Source: Candidatus Falkowbacteria bacterium (GTDB lineage: Bacteria > Patescibacteriota > Patescibacteriia > Patescibacteriales > UBA12465). Taken from it: a DNA stretch of 64,000 nucleotides. The notes below the pieces were generated by a model. That model was not told the DNA's origin. It ran no database searches and saw nothing but the letters and a program-made list of their open reading frames with translations. The stretch is taken from contig JBAXLJ010000004.1 in the NCBI GenBank assembly GCA_037134915.1, forward strand, positions 40,702-104,701, written 5' to 3'. Positions 54,629 through 63,980 of this stretch are shown here, in pieces; position 1 is the stretch's first letter; every line of letters starts with the position of its first letter. Made by a program: the position numbers and the translations under genes.

Positions 54629-55480
54629 ATGGATTTATCAGTCATTATTGTCTCTTGGAAAGTTAAAGAAAAATTACGCGCTAACTTGCAGGCACTTGAT
54701 GCTTCAGAGGGTGATTTTTCCTATGAAGTTTATGTCGTTGATAATAATTCGGGTGATGGCAGCGTGGAAATGGTCAGAGCGGAATTTCCTCAAGTAAAAC
54801 TTCTGGCTAATGATGATAACCGGGGCTTTGCTAAGGCCAATAATCAAGCCTTGATTCAAGTTCAGGGGGATTATGTCTTATTACTTAATCCTGACATGCT
54901 AGTTCGCCCAGACACTCTGATTAACGCTTTAACTTGGGCCAAGAATAATCAGCAAGCCGTTGTTTCTGGCTATAAACTAGTTGATAGTCAGGGTAAGATT
55001 ATTAAACAGGTGCGCCGTTTTCCGTCTTTTTTTGATCAGCTAATGATAATCAGTAAAATTCCTCATCTTTTGCCAGGAGTTTTAAGTCATTATTTATGGA
55101 CCGATTTTAACTATGAACAAGCGGCTAAAGTTGATTCGATTCGCGGGGCTTTCTTTTTGATTAATAAAAAAGTTTATTTAAATATTTCCGGTCAAAAAAA
55201 TCTGGCCCTCGATGAACGTTATTTTATTTGGTTTGAAGAGGTAGATTTTTGTCGGCAGGTGTTTCAAAATGGTGGGGAAGTCTGGTATAGTCCGGCGGCC
55301 CAGTGTGTGGATTACGTAGGAGCCAGTTTTGGACAAGTGGCCCTAGCTACTAAACAAAAATATTTTGAAGATTCGATGCTTAAATATTTTAAGAAATGGG
55401 AAGCTATTTGGCAGTATTATTTATTAAAAGGTGCCTGGTCGCTAGTTAACTCTCTTATTAGCTTATTGGCTCAAAAATAA
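54629..55480 (+). CDS. Family 2 glycosyltransferase
   Basis: LSVIIVSWK..., VVDNNSGDGS, NRGFAKANN, FEEVDF. Confidence 0.85.
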   Translation: MDLSVIIVSWKVKEKLRANLQALDASEGDFSYEVYVVDNNSGDGSVEMVRAEFPQVKLLANDDNRGFAKANNQALIQVQGDYVLLLNPDMLVRPDTLINALTWAKNNQQAVVSGYKLVDSQGKIIKQVRRFPSFFDQLMIISKIPHLLPGVLSHYLWTDFNYEQAAKVDSIRGAFFLINKKVYLNISGQKNLALDERYFIWFEEVDFCRQVFQNGGEVWYSPAAQCVDYVGASFGQVALATKQKYFEDSMLKYFKKWEAIWQYYLLKGAWSLVNSLISLLAQK

Positions 55481-55481
55481 A

Positions 55482-56534
55482 ATGAAAAAAGTTGGAATAA
55501 TTTTAGTTAACTATAAAGATTACGCCCGTAATTATTTAAGCGCTTGCCGTGATTCTTTGCGGGCACAAACTTATGATAATTTTCAGGTTTATTTAATTGA
55601 TAATGCCAGTTCTTACGATTCCTCAAATTATTTAAAAAACAGTTATCCTGAAGCCGTGGTTTTACCTCGCTTAGACGGTAATTATTGTGCCGCCAATAAC
55701 TTAGGGATGAATCAGGCTATTTTAGATGCCTGTGATTATTTGGTGGCGGCCAATATGGATACGGAGTTTGAAGCTAATTGGTTAAAAGAGTTGGTGGCAG
55801 CTTTGGACAATAATCCTAAAGCGGCTCTAGCCCAATCTTTAATTTTGCTGGCTCCTAAAACGGAGGCGGAAAAAATAGACCCTCTAGTTAATACGACTGG
55901 TAATTTAATTCATTTTTTATTCTTTGGTTTTACTAGCTCTTACCGTTTAAAGCAGTCGGCGCTCAAAGTTGAAAACTATAGTGAAATTTTCTATGCTTCC
56001 GGTTGCTCGTTTATTATTAGACCGGAGATTTTCCAGGAAATTGGCGGGTATAACGAAGATTATTACATGTATCATGATGATTTGGACCTGAGCTTGAAAG
56101 TTAGGCTGGCAGGGTATAAAGTTATTTTAGCCGCCAAATCCTTGGTTTGGCACAAGTATGAATTTGAGCGCAGTGTCCGGATGCTTTATTTTATGGAACG
56201 AAATCGTCTGCTGAGTTTTTTTAGTTTTTACCCTTATTGGCAGATTATTGTTCTTTCACCTTTTATTGTGGCTATGAATTTAGGTATGACGCTTCTAGCA
56301 ATTAAAGGTTCATGGCTTACCACAAAATTAAAAGTGGATGCTTATTTTTTAAAACCGGCCGCCTGGCGTTTAATTTCTAAAAATCGCCGGCAGCTTAAAG
56401 CAATTACCCGGGTTCCTCTAAAAAGCATTAGTCGGACTTTTGTGGGTCGGATTGAATTTCAAGAAATTGATAACCCGCTCTTAAAATATTTCGTTAACCC
56501 AGTGTTTAATTTTTTCTGGCAACTTATCAAATAA
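55482..56534 (+). CDS. Family 2 glycosyltransferase with C-terminal TM segments
   Basis: VGIILVNYK, IDNASSYDS, YHDDLDLSLK. Confidence 0.8.
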   Translation: MKKVGIILVNYKDYARNYLSACRDSLRAQTYDNFQVYLIDNASSYDSSNYLKNSYPEAVVLPRLDGNYCAANNLGMNQAILDACDYLVAANMDTEFEANWLKELVAALDNNPKAALAQSLILLAPKTEAEKIDPLVNTTGNLIHFLFFGFTSSYRLKQSALKVENYSEIFYASGCSFIIRPEIFQEIGGYNEDYYMYHDDLDLSLKVRLAGYKVILAAKSLVWHKYEFERSVRMLYFMERNRLLSFFSFYPYWQIIVLSPFIVAMNLGMTLLAIKGSWLTTKLKVDAYFLKPAAWRLISKNRRQLKAITRVPLKSISRTFVGRIEFQEIDNPLLKYFVNPVFNFFWQLIK

Positions 56535-56535
56535 T

Positions 56536-57315
56536 ATGGATTTATCAATCATTATCGTTAATTATAAAAGCAAAATAAAACTGATTAATTGTTTAGATTC
56601 AATTAAACGGTCAGATTTGTCAGGCATCAGCTATGAAGTGGTAATTGTAGAAAATAATTCCGGCGATGATTTGTCTGATTTAAGTAGCCAGTATCGGGTA
56701 ATTATAAGTGATCAGAATCTGGGCATGGGGGGCGGTAATAATTTAGGGATTAAAAATTCTAACGGTGATTATATTTTAATTTCCAATCCGGATATTGTTT
56801 ATGAGTCAGATACGATTAAAAAACTTTTTAATTATTTTAGCAGTCACCCAGAAATCGGTTTAATCGGCCCCAAACTTTTAAATCCGGACGGATCTTTGCA
56901 ATATTCTTGTCTACGTTTTCCCAAGTTTTACATCCCGGTTTTAAGGCGTACTTTTGTCGGTCGTTTTTTTCCTAAATCACTGAGTTATTATTTAATGGAG
57001 TCTAGCAGTCATGAGGAGGTGGCGACGGTTAATTGGCTGCTCGGCGCTTGTTTTATGGTGCGACGCTTGGAGTTAAATAACGATCAGCTATTTGATGAGC
57101 GCTATTTTATGTATTTTGAAGATGTCGATTTGGGCCGTCAGGTTAGTGGCCGCGGCCAAGTAGTTGTCTATTACCCACTAGTTAAAGTCATTCATGATCA
57201 TGTGCGTCAAAGCGCCAGTTTACCTTGGTACCGGTCATTGTTTCAAGACAAAATTGCTCGAGAACATTTGAAATCGGCTTTTAAATATTTTAATAAGTGG
57301 CGAAAAATAAAATAA
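56536..57315 (+). CDS. Family 2 glycosyltransferase
   Basis: LSIIIVNYK, VENNSGDD, NLGMGGGNN, FEDVDL. Confidence 0.85.
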   Translation: MDLSIIIVNYKSKIKLINCLDSIKRSDLSGISYEVVIVENNSGDDLSDLSSQYRVIISDQNLGMGGGNNLGIKNSNGDYILISNPDIVYESDTIKKLFNYFSSHPEIGLIGPKLLNPDGSLQYSCLRFPKFYIPVLRRTFVGRFFPKSLSYYLMESSSHEEVATVNWLLGACFMVRRLELNNDQLFDERYFMYFEDVDLGRQVSGRGQVVVYYPLVKVIHDHVRQSASLPWYRSLFQDKIAREHLKSAFKYFNKWRKIK

Positions 57316-57320
57316 AATAT

Positions 57321-58199
57321 ATGCAAAAAATTAGAAAGGCAATTATGCCGGTAGCTGGTTTTGGAACTCGCTTCTTACCCGCGACCAAAGCTCAGCCCAA
57401 AGAAATGCTACCGGTTGTTGATAAGCCGGTTATTCAGTATTTAGTGGAGCAAGCGGCTGAAGCCGGAATTAAGGAGGTAATCTTTGTTACCGGTCGCGGT
57501 AAACGAGCGATTGAAGATCATTTTGATTATTCTTTTGAGCTTTCTAAAACGCTGGTAGAAAAAAATAAACTAGATTTAATTGCGAAAGTTGAAGCGATTG
57601 AGCATCTTGCTAAATTTTCTTATGTCCGTCAGCCGATTCCGTTGGGAGACGGTCACGCCATTAATTGCGCCGCTCATCTAGTGCGTGATGACGAACCGGT
57701 GTTAGTGATGTTTGGTGATACTCTCTACGATGCTGATATTTCCCCAGTTAAGCAATTAATCGAGGCTTATGAAAAATATGGTTATCCGGTTGTTGGTTTA
57801 TCAGAAGTAAATCCGGCCGATGTTTCTAAATTTGGGGTTATAGATGGCGAAGAAGTTTCTGGTGGTGTTTATGATATTAAAAGATTTGTTGAAAAACCGG
57901 CCGCAGACGCCGCTCCGTCTAATTTAGTGGCTGTTGGTTTATATATTATTACTCCAGAAATTTTTAAAATTCTTTCGAACATGAAAAGTGGTAAAGGCGG
58001 TGAAATTCGTTTAGCTGACGCTTTTGACGTCCTACTTAGCAGCGGCCAGCCTTTATATGGTTTAAAGCTCAAAGGGGAGTGGTTAGATACCGGCGATAAA
58101 TTCGGTTTTATTAAGGCCACTATAAAATTAGGTCTAAAGAATCCTGAGGTCGGTGATAACCTAAAAAAACTTATTAAAGAAATTTCCATTACTCTTTAA
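57321..58199 (+). CDS. galU: UTP--glucose-1-phosphate uridylyltransferase
   Basis: KAIMPVAGFGTRFLPATKAQPKEMLPVVDKP. ATG 57321 preferred over the track start. Confidence 0.9.
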   Translation: MQKIRKAIMPVAGFGTRFLPATKAQPKEMLPVVDKPVIQYLVEQAAEAGIKEVIFVTGRGKRAIEDHFDYSFELSKTLVEKNKLDLIAKVEAIEHLAKFSYVRQPIPLGDGHAINCAAHLVRDDEPVLVMFGDTLYDADISPVKQLIEAYEKYGYPVVGLSEVNPADVSKFGVIDGEEVSGGVYDIKRFVEKPAADAAPSNLVAVGLYIITPEIFKILSNMKSGKGGEIRLADAFDVLLSSGQPLYGLKLKGEWLDTGDKFGFIKATIKLGLKNPEVGDNLKKLIKEISITL

Positions 58200-58210
58200 A
58201 TTGGTTATCA

Positions 58211-58238
58211 AAAAAGACTTTAAATAAAAGTCTTTTTT
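58211..58238. terminator. Bidirectional terminator (galU / PEGA protein)
   Basis: AAAAGACTTT-AAATA-AAAGTCTTTT. Confidence 0.7.
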
Positions 58239-58249
58239 GTTAGTTTAAT

Positions 58250-59575
58250 TTATTGTAGAGCCAACTTGTAGAGACCACTTTGTTGTCCGATGGCTCCGGA
58301 AAAATATAAGATACTATTTTTACCGTCCAGATAAAGAGAGGAGAGATTATTGCCACGCCATAAAATGGTAATGTCGTTGCCGCTATTAGTTAAATTAATT
58401 GTCCCAATATTATTGTCAGTGGCGTAAATTAAATAATTATTAGGGCTCCAAGCTAGAGAATTTATTTTTTCGCTGAGCCGGGTAATTAAATAGGATTTAC
58501 TCTGAGACAAGTCATAGATGTAAACTTCTGATTCGCTGGTGTAAGCTAATTTATTGCCGTCAATCCATTTGAAAACGGTGGCGCCGCGAAGCACGTCTCT
58601 AATAATCGAATTGCTGTTATCGCTGGCCAGTAAATAGATAATTTTATGCTCATTATCGGTTAAGATGAGATTTTTGTTGTTGTCTTGGTTAATTGAAAAA
58701 TTCTTAGAATTAAGTAAATCAGCGCTGGCGATAAAATTTTTATTTATTAAATCAAAACTTTTAAGTTCGGTTTTATTTTTTTCAGAGATTACTAAAAATA
58801 AAATATTTCCACTAGTGCCATAACTTAAAATCTGACCGCTAGCCGGAACAATAGTCGTACTTTTAGATGAAAAATTAAAAGCCGCTAAATTATTTTTAGA
58901 TAAGTAAATTAGAAAATCGCCATTTTCTGACATTTTAGCTTCATCGGCTTCACCGATTAAACTGTTGTAGTCGTAGCTACTGTTATTATCTAAAGTAAGT
59001 AATTTTGAACCAGCAAGTAATTGTTTACTGCCGACCCAATTTAATTTAGCAGCACTAACTTTAGTGGCGGCTTGTTCGGTTTTTAAATTGATTATTTCGC
59101 CACTATCTTTTAACCAGGCGTAGTTACCGTTAGGCGAGTAGCTAATGGCCTGGGTTTTACTGGAAAAAATGTTTAAGGGCAAACTTTTTTTAAAGAGAAT
59201 GACATTTTCTAAGAAGGTGGTTTGCTCGGGATTTACGTTAAGTTTTTTTTCAAAGGGCCAGTAATTTTCCAGAGTAAACGAGACGGTATATTCTCCGGGC
59301 AGCAAGTTCTTTATTTTAATTGGGGTTATTTTACTCTTTTTAGAGTTGAACGAAAAAACGGAACTGATTTTAGTTTCGCTAGTAATTAAAACGGTGGCGC
59401 CATGAGGATCGCTATCTAAGGCTAGGGTACCAGTTTTAACCAGCATTAAATTTAATTTTAAGGGCCAGGTGAGGTTGAAACGATAACCAGTAGCATATAA
59501 AGAGAGGGTGATAGTAATTACCACAAACAAAAAAACAAAAGTTCCAAATAGAAAATCACGAGTTTTTTTAGTCAT
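58250..59575 (-). CDS. Membrane-anchored PEGA-domain plus beta-propeller-like protein
   Basis: N-terminal TM, PEGA-like segment (DSDPHGATVLI...LLPGEYTVSF), then repetitive beta-strand-rich sequence. Confidence 0.6.
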   Translation of the reverse strand: MTKKTRDFLFGTFVFLFVVITITLSLYATGYRFNLTWPLKLNLMLVKTGTLALDSDPHGATVLITSETKISSVFSFNSKKSKITPIKIKNLLPGEYTVSFTLENYWPFEKKLNVNPEQTTFLENVILFKKSLPLNIFSSKTQAISYSPNGNYAWLKDSGEIINLKTEQAATKVSAAKLNWVGSKQLLAGSKLLTLDNNSSYDYNSLIGEADEAKMSENGDFLIYLSKNNLAAFNFSSKSTTIVPASGQILSYGTSGNILFLVISEKNKTELKSFDLINKNFIASADLLNSKNFSINQDNNKNLILTDNEHKIIYLLASDNSNSIIRDVLRGATVFKWIDGNKLAYTSESEVYIYDLSQSKSYLITRLSEKINSLAWSPNNYLIYATDNNIGTINLTNSGNDITILWRGNNLSSLYLDGKNSILYFSGAIGQQSGLYKLALQ

Positions 59576-59582
59576 AATATTT

Positions 59583-60845
59583 TTAGTCGACTCGTTTTAT
59601 TTTAGCGCCAATTTTTTGTAAGCGAGTTTCTAACTGTGAATAACCACGATCAATTTGATAAATATTATCAATTTCTGTTTTACCTTTGGCTACTAAACCG
59701 GCAATAACTAAGGCAATTCCGGCTCGTAAATCGGGGCTAACTAAATGTTTGCCGTGTAATTTAGTCGGTCCTTGAACAATGACTCGGTGCGGATCGCACA
59801 TGTTGACGTTTGCGCCCATTTGACACAGCATATCCGTCCACACTAAACGGCCGTCGTAAATAGTTTCGTGAATCAGCGAGGATCCAGTTGCCTGAGTCAT
59901 TAAGACCACATAAGGTGATTGTAAATCAGTAGCAAATCCCGGATACTCGTGGGTTTTAATATCGCAAGCGGTGAGTTTACCGCTTTTTTTCATTTTGATC
60001 CAATTTTTTCCAACTTCAAAGTTAACTCCGACTTTTTTAAGGACTACAAGCAGTGTCATAATGTGATCAGGGGTGCAATCGGTAATGGTGATTTCGGAAT
60101 TTGTGGCTGCGGCCATAATGGCGAAGGATCCAGTTTCGATTCGGTCGGGAATAACTGTAAAAATACCTGCTTTTAATTTTCTATTACCTTCAATAGTGAT
60201 CGTTGGTGAGCCGGCGCCTTTTATTTTAGCGCCTTGTTGATTTAAATATTCAGCCAAAGCTTCAATTTCTGGCTCCATGGCACAATTTTTTAAAATAGTT
60301 TGTCCTGGAATAATCGAGGCCGTCATAAGCATGCTTTCGGTAGCAGTGACACTAACAAAAGGGAAAAAATAATTAGCCGGTTTAAGTTTTTTAGCTTTAA
60401 TGTGGTAAAAATTGCCGTGATCTTCAGTGACCTTTGCTCCGTAAGCTTTGTAGCCATCAATAAAAAGATCAATTGGGCGTCCACCGGCGCCAATGACGCA
60501 GCCTCCGGGATGAGGAAATTTTACTTCACCATATCGAGCCAGCATGGGACCGACAAACATAATTGAACCGCGAAATTTATCAGCCAACTTTGGTTCTAGA
60601 ATGCTGTCTTTTATTTTGCTGGTATCGATTTTAACCTGTCCGGTAGTTCGCGTAATAATTGCTCCCAGTGATTCTAGTAGTTCTAAAGAGCGATCGACAT
60701 CTTCAATTTCTGGAAGATTTTTGATGGTTATCGGTTCCTTAGATAATATGGAAGCCGGGATTATCTTTAAAGCAGAATTTTTAGCGCCGCTAACGGCAAT
60801 CTTGCCTGATAACTTGGCTCCGCCGGTAATTACAAATTTTGGCAT
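59583..60845 (-). CDS. murA: UDP-N-acetylglucosamine 1-carboxyvinyltransferase
   Basis: VSGAKNSALK. Catalytic-loop Cys in PHPGGCVIGAGGRPIDL. Confidence 0.95.
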   Translation of the reverse strand: MPKFVITGGAKLSGKIAVSGAKNSALKIIPASILSKEPITIKNLPEIEDVDRSLELLESLGAIITRTTGQVKIDTSKIKDSILEPKLADKFRGSIMFVGPMLARYGEVKFPHPGGCVIGAGGRPIDLFIDGYKAYGAKVTEDHGNFYHIKAKKLKPANYFFPFVSVTATESMLMTASIIPGQTILKNCAMEPEIEALAEYLNQQGAKIKGAGSPTITIEGNRKLKAGIFTVIPDRIETGSFAIMAAATNSEITITDCTPDHIMTLLVVLKKVGVNFEVGKNWIKMKKSGKLTACDIKTHEYPGFATDLQSPYVVLMTQATGSSLIHETIYDGRLVWTDMLCQMGANVNMCDPHRVIVQGPTKLHGKHLVSPDLRAGIALVIAGLVAKGKTEIDNIYQIDRGYSQLETRLQKIGAKIKRVD

Positions 60846-60893
60846 AATAATCTTAATTAGTTATAGTCTTCTTAGTTCACTATAATCTATTTG

Positions 60894-60921
60894 TTGACAT
60901 TTTTCAAATATTTGATAAGAT
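60894..60921 (+). promoter_or_regulatory. Extended -10 promoter for rplU
   Basis: TTGACA-N16-(TGa)TAAGAT. Confidence 0.4.
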
Positions 60922-60935
60922 AAGACCATATCTTA

Positions 60936-60978
60936 AGCCAGCACGTGTTGCGCCCCGCGCACTTTGGCTATTTTTATT
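60936..60978 (+). promoter_or_regulatory. GC-rich leader hairpin plus T-rich tail upstream of rplU (candidate r-protein leader/attenuator)
   Basis: AGCCA...GCGCCCCGCGCAC...TGGCT, then ATTTTTATT. It is a GC-rich island in an AT-rich spacer. Confidence 0.35.
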
Positions 60979-60998
60979 CTTAAATTAGTAAATATCCT

Positions 60999-61310
60999 AT
61001 GAAAATCGCCATTATTAAAACCGGAGGCAAGCAATACCGAGTCAAGGAAGGTCAGACCATTAAAGTGGAAAAACTGGAAGCTGAATCAGGTGCTGTTGTA
61101 AAATTTGACACCTTACTTATTTCCGATGAAGAGGCTAATGATTTAGAATTAGGTGCGCCATCTTTGGGAGAAAAAGTTAGTGGAGAAGTAATAAATACCG
61201 CTAAAGATGACAAAGTTACCGTGGTTAAATATAAGAGTAAAACTCGTTATAAGAAAACCGTGGGTCATCGTCAACTGAAAACCGCTGTTAAAATTACCGC
61301 CATCGCTTAA
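60999..61310 (+). CDS. rplU: 50S ribosomal protein L21
   Basis: MKIAIIKTGGKQYRVKEG ... KYKSKTRYKKTVGHRQ. Confidence 0.9.
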   Translation: MKIAIIKTGGKQYRVKEGQTIKVEKLEAESGAVVKFDTLLISDEEANDLELGAPSLGEKVSGEVINTAKDDKVTVVKYKSKTRYKKTVGHRQLKTAVKITAIA

Positions 61311-61403
61311 ATTTAAAAAATTTGCTATAAAAAATTCGTCTCATTAAGGGGCGAATTTTTTTATTTTGCTAATTAGAGCCTCAGTCAAACAAGTCCTCTT
61401 TTC

Positions 61404-62003
61404 TTATTTGTTTTCTGTTCGATATTTTAAAGCTGTGGCTAGAGTGGTTTCGTCGGCATACTCTAAATCAGAGCCAGCCGGCAGACCTTTGGCGAGTCGA
61501 GTTATTTTTAAATTATAAGTTTGTAAAATTTTGTTTAAATATAAAGCGGTGGTTTCGCCTTCTAAAGTAAAATTGAGGGCGAGAATAATTTCGATGTAGT
61601 TCTCTTGCTTAATCTTGCTGAGTAATTTCTGGATATTTAAATTTTCCGGCTTCACATTTTCAATGGTATTAATTAGTCCACCGAGAATAAAATATTGTCC
61701 TTGATATTGTTTCGTAGCTTCAATCGAGGCTAAATCTTGAATATTTTCTACAATGCAGAGAACTCCGTTTCGGCGGCTGGGATTGTCGCAAATGGTACAA
61801 GGACTAGTTTCAGAAATCGCTAAACAATTTGGGCAAACAGTAATATTATTTTTTAATTCGGCTAGTGATTTGGCGAGATTTTCTAATTTTTCCGGGGAAC
61901 TTTTGAGTAAGTGAAAAACATAACGCTCGGCGGTTTTAGGACCGACGCTCGGTAGCTGTGAAAAAGCTTCTATTAGATTGGTAATGGCTCGAGGAAAGCG
62001 CAT
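61404..62003 (-). CDS. recR: Recombination protein RecR
   Basis: LPSVGPKTAERY HhH motif, CPNC...CTIC zinc finger, Toprim domain. Confidence 0.95.
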   Translation of the reverse strand: MRFPRAITNLIEAFSQLPSVGPKTAERYVFHLLKSSPEKLENLAKSLAELKNNITVCPNCLAISETSPCTICDNPSRRNGVLCIVENIQDLASIEATKQYQGQYFILGGLINTIENVKPENLNIQKLLSKIKQENYIEIILALNFTLEGETTALYLNKILQTYNLKITRLAKGLPAGSDLEYADETTLATALKYRTENK

Positions 62004-62011
62004 TTTTTATT

Positions 62012-62287
62012 TTAATTTAATCCCGGAAAACCGCCCATGTCTTGAAGTTTTTTGGCCATGAGACGTTGAGCTTTTTTAATAGTTTCGTTGATGCAATTTT
62101 TAACGCTAATTTCAATTGCCGACTTGGTCAGGCCTTCACTTATTACTACGGACAAAACCTCCATATTGCCATTCATGACAATTTTTACGCCACCTTTTTC
62201 TTCTTCGACTCTTTCAGTCGACAGGGCGTCTTGCATGGTTTTAGCGGTACTTCTTAAATCTTTTAATTGTTTTAACTTGTTAAACAT
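62012..62287 (-). CDS. ybaB: YbaB/EbfC nucleoid-associated protein
   Basis: 91 aa at the conserved position upstream of recR, with a typical LMAKKLQDM...PGL tail. Confidence 0.8.
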   Translation of the reverse strand: MFNKLKQLKDLRSTAKTMQDALSTERVEEEKGGVKIVMNGNMEVLSVVISEGLTKSAIEISVKNCINETIKKAQRLMAKKLQDMGGFPGLN

Positions 62288-62312
62288 AAAATATAAAAAT
62301 TAATTTTTTTTA

Positions 62313-63716
62313 TTAAAATTCTACGGGCGCGTTATTATTATGTTTGGCCACACTGCGGAAGCTGGCGGTGTTTTCATCAAAGAATAAATCGATTTTACCG
62401 GTTGGACCGTTTCGATGTTTAGCAATATGAATTTCAGCTTTATATCTTTCATCTTGCGGTAGGTCAGCGGGGTTATAATTTCTATCAGCGGCCTTACGAT
62501 AAATAAACATCACAATATCAGCGTCTTGTTCGATGGATCCTGAGTCTCTTAAGTGGGACAATTTAGGAATGGCTGGCGTTAACGCTTCAACGGCCCGGGA
62601 TAACTGGGCGAGTGCTAAAATTGGCACGTTAAGTTCGCGAGCAATTGATTTAAGTCCACGAGAAATTTCGGCAATTTCTTGAACGCGATTTTCACCATAT
62701 TTACCTTTACCTTCCATCAGCTGCAAGTAGTCGATTACAATTAAACCTAAGCCCTTTTCCATCTGTAAACGGCGGCATTTGGCGCGGATTTCCATAATCG
62801 AAAGGGTTCCGGAGTCGTCAATATAAATCTGGGCTTCGGCGAGCTTTCCCATGGCATCAGCGATTTTAGTAAAATCATTATCATCTTCTTTATCGCTTAA
62901 ATTACCAGTACGCATTTTCCAAAGATTAACCTGGGCCTGGGCGCAGAGCATACGGTCAACTAACTGTTCTTTGCTCATTTCTAATGAGAAGATGCCCACC
63001 CCCACTTTATTTTTAATGGCGGCTTGGCGCGCAATATCTAAAGCAAAAGAAGTTTTACCAACGGAAGGACGCGCCGCTAGAATGAGCAAATCGGATTTTT
63101 GTAAACCAGCTAGTAGATTATCTAAGTCGTTAAAACCGGTCGATAGACCACGCAGGCCGCCACCGCTTTTTTTATGTAAGTCATCGATTCTTTCAAAAGC
63201 TTCACTGAGTAAACTGTCGATTGGCAAAAAAGCATTTTTTAAGTATTTGCGGGAAACGGCGAAAATTTTCTTTTCAGTTTCATCCAACACTTCATCAATC
63301 TCTCTTTCTTCATCATAGCTAATAGTCATGATTTCTGAAGCCGCCTGTTGTAAGCGACGCAGAGTGGCTTTGCGCTGAATGATATTGGCGTAATGAACAA
63401 TATTAGCGGAAGTAGCGACAACGTTAGATAAATGAGCTAAAAAAGTGCGGCCGCCAATAGTGGTTAGTTGTTTCTTTTCTTCTAAACGGTTTGACAGGGT
63501 AATAATATCAATTGGTTCTTGATTGCCGTAAAGCTCTTTAATGGTTTCATAAACTAATTTATGAGCGTCTTTATAGAAGTCTTGAGGCAAAACATTGTCA
63601 GCCACGCGAATAATGGCATCCTTATCAATTAATAAGGAGCCAAGTAGTGACTCTTCAGCTTCTAGGCTGTGGGGAGGGATTTTTTCTAAAGGATTTTTAT
63701 CTGATTGTATGGCCAT
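62313..63716 (-). CDS. dnaB: Replicative DNA helicase DnaB
   Basis: PPHSLEAEESLLGSLL N-terminus, ARPSVGKT Walker A, IVIDYLQLM. Confidence 0.95.
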   Translation of the reverse strand: MAIQSDKNPLEKIPPHSLEAEESLLGSLLIDKDAIIRVADNVLPQDFYKDAHKLVYETIKELYGNQEPIDIITLSNRLEEKKQLTTIGGRTFLAHLSNVVATSANIVHYANIIQRKATLRRLQQAASEIMTISYDEEREIDEVLDETEKKIFAVSRKYLKNAFLPIDSLLSEAFERIDDLHKKSGGGLRGLSTGFNDLDNLLAGLQKSDLLILAARPSVGKTSFALDIARQAAIKNKVGVGIFSLEMSKEQLVDRMLCAQAQVNLWKMRTGNLSDKEDDNDFTKIADAMGKLAEAQIYIDDSGTLSIMEIRAKCRRLQMEKGLGLIVIDYLQLMEGKGKYGENRVQEIAEISRGLKSIARELNVPILALAQLSRAVEALTPAIPKLSHLRDSGSIEQDADIVMFIYRKAADRNYNPADLPQDERYKAEIHIAKHRNGPTGKIDLFFDENTASFRSVAKHNNNAPVEF

Positions 63717-63820
63717 AATATTTTTTTATCGTTTCTATATCTTAACTTAAGAGACAACTTAATTCAAGCGGCACTTATCAACTTTTTGTTAACGTTTTAT
63801 GCACTGTTTTGGCTGATAAT

Positions 63821-63862
63821 AAAAAAAGATTAATCAATTTATTCAAAAGATTAATCTTTTTT
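63821..63862 (-). terminator. Terminator downstream of tRNA-Thr
   Basis: AAAAAAGATTAATC-N13-GATTAATCTTTTTT. Confidence 0.55.
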
Positions 63863-63870
63863 CTAAGGTG

Positions 63871-63943
63871 AGCCGACTGTCGGGTTCGGACCGACGACCT
63901 GCTGTTTACAAGACAGCTGCTCTACCAGCTGAGCTAAGTCGGC
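63871..63943 (-). tRNA. tRNA-Thr (anticodon UGU)
   Basis: Hand-folded cloverleaf: acceptor GCCGACT/AGTCGGC, D arm GCTC/GAGC, anticodon stem GCTGT/ACAGC with loop CTTGTAA, T arm GTCGG/CCGAC. CCA is not encoded. Confidence 0.9.
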
Positions 63944-63980
63944 TTTTAAAACGATAAAACCCGCGGTCGACGGATTATTG

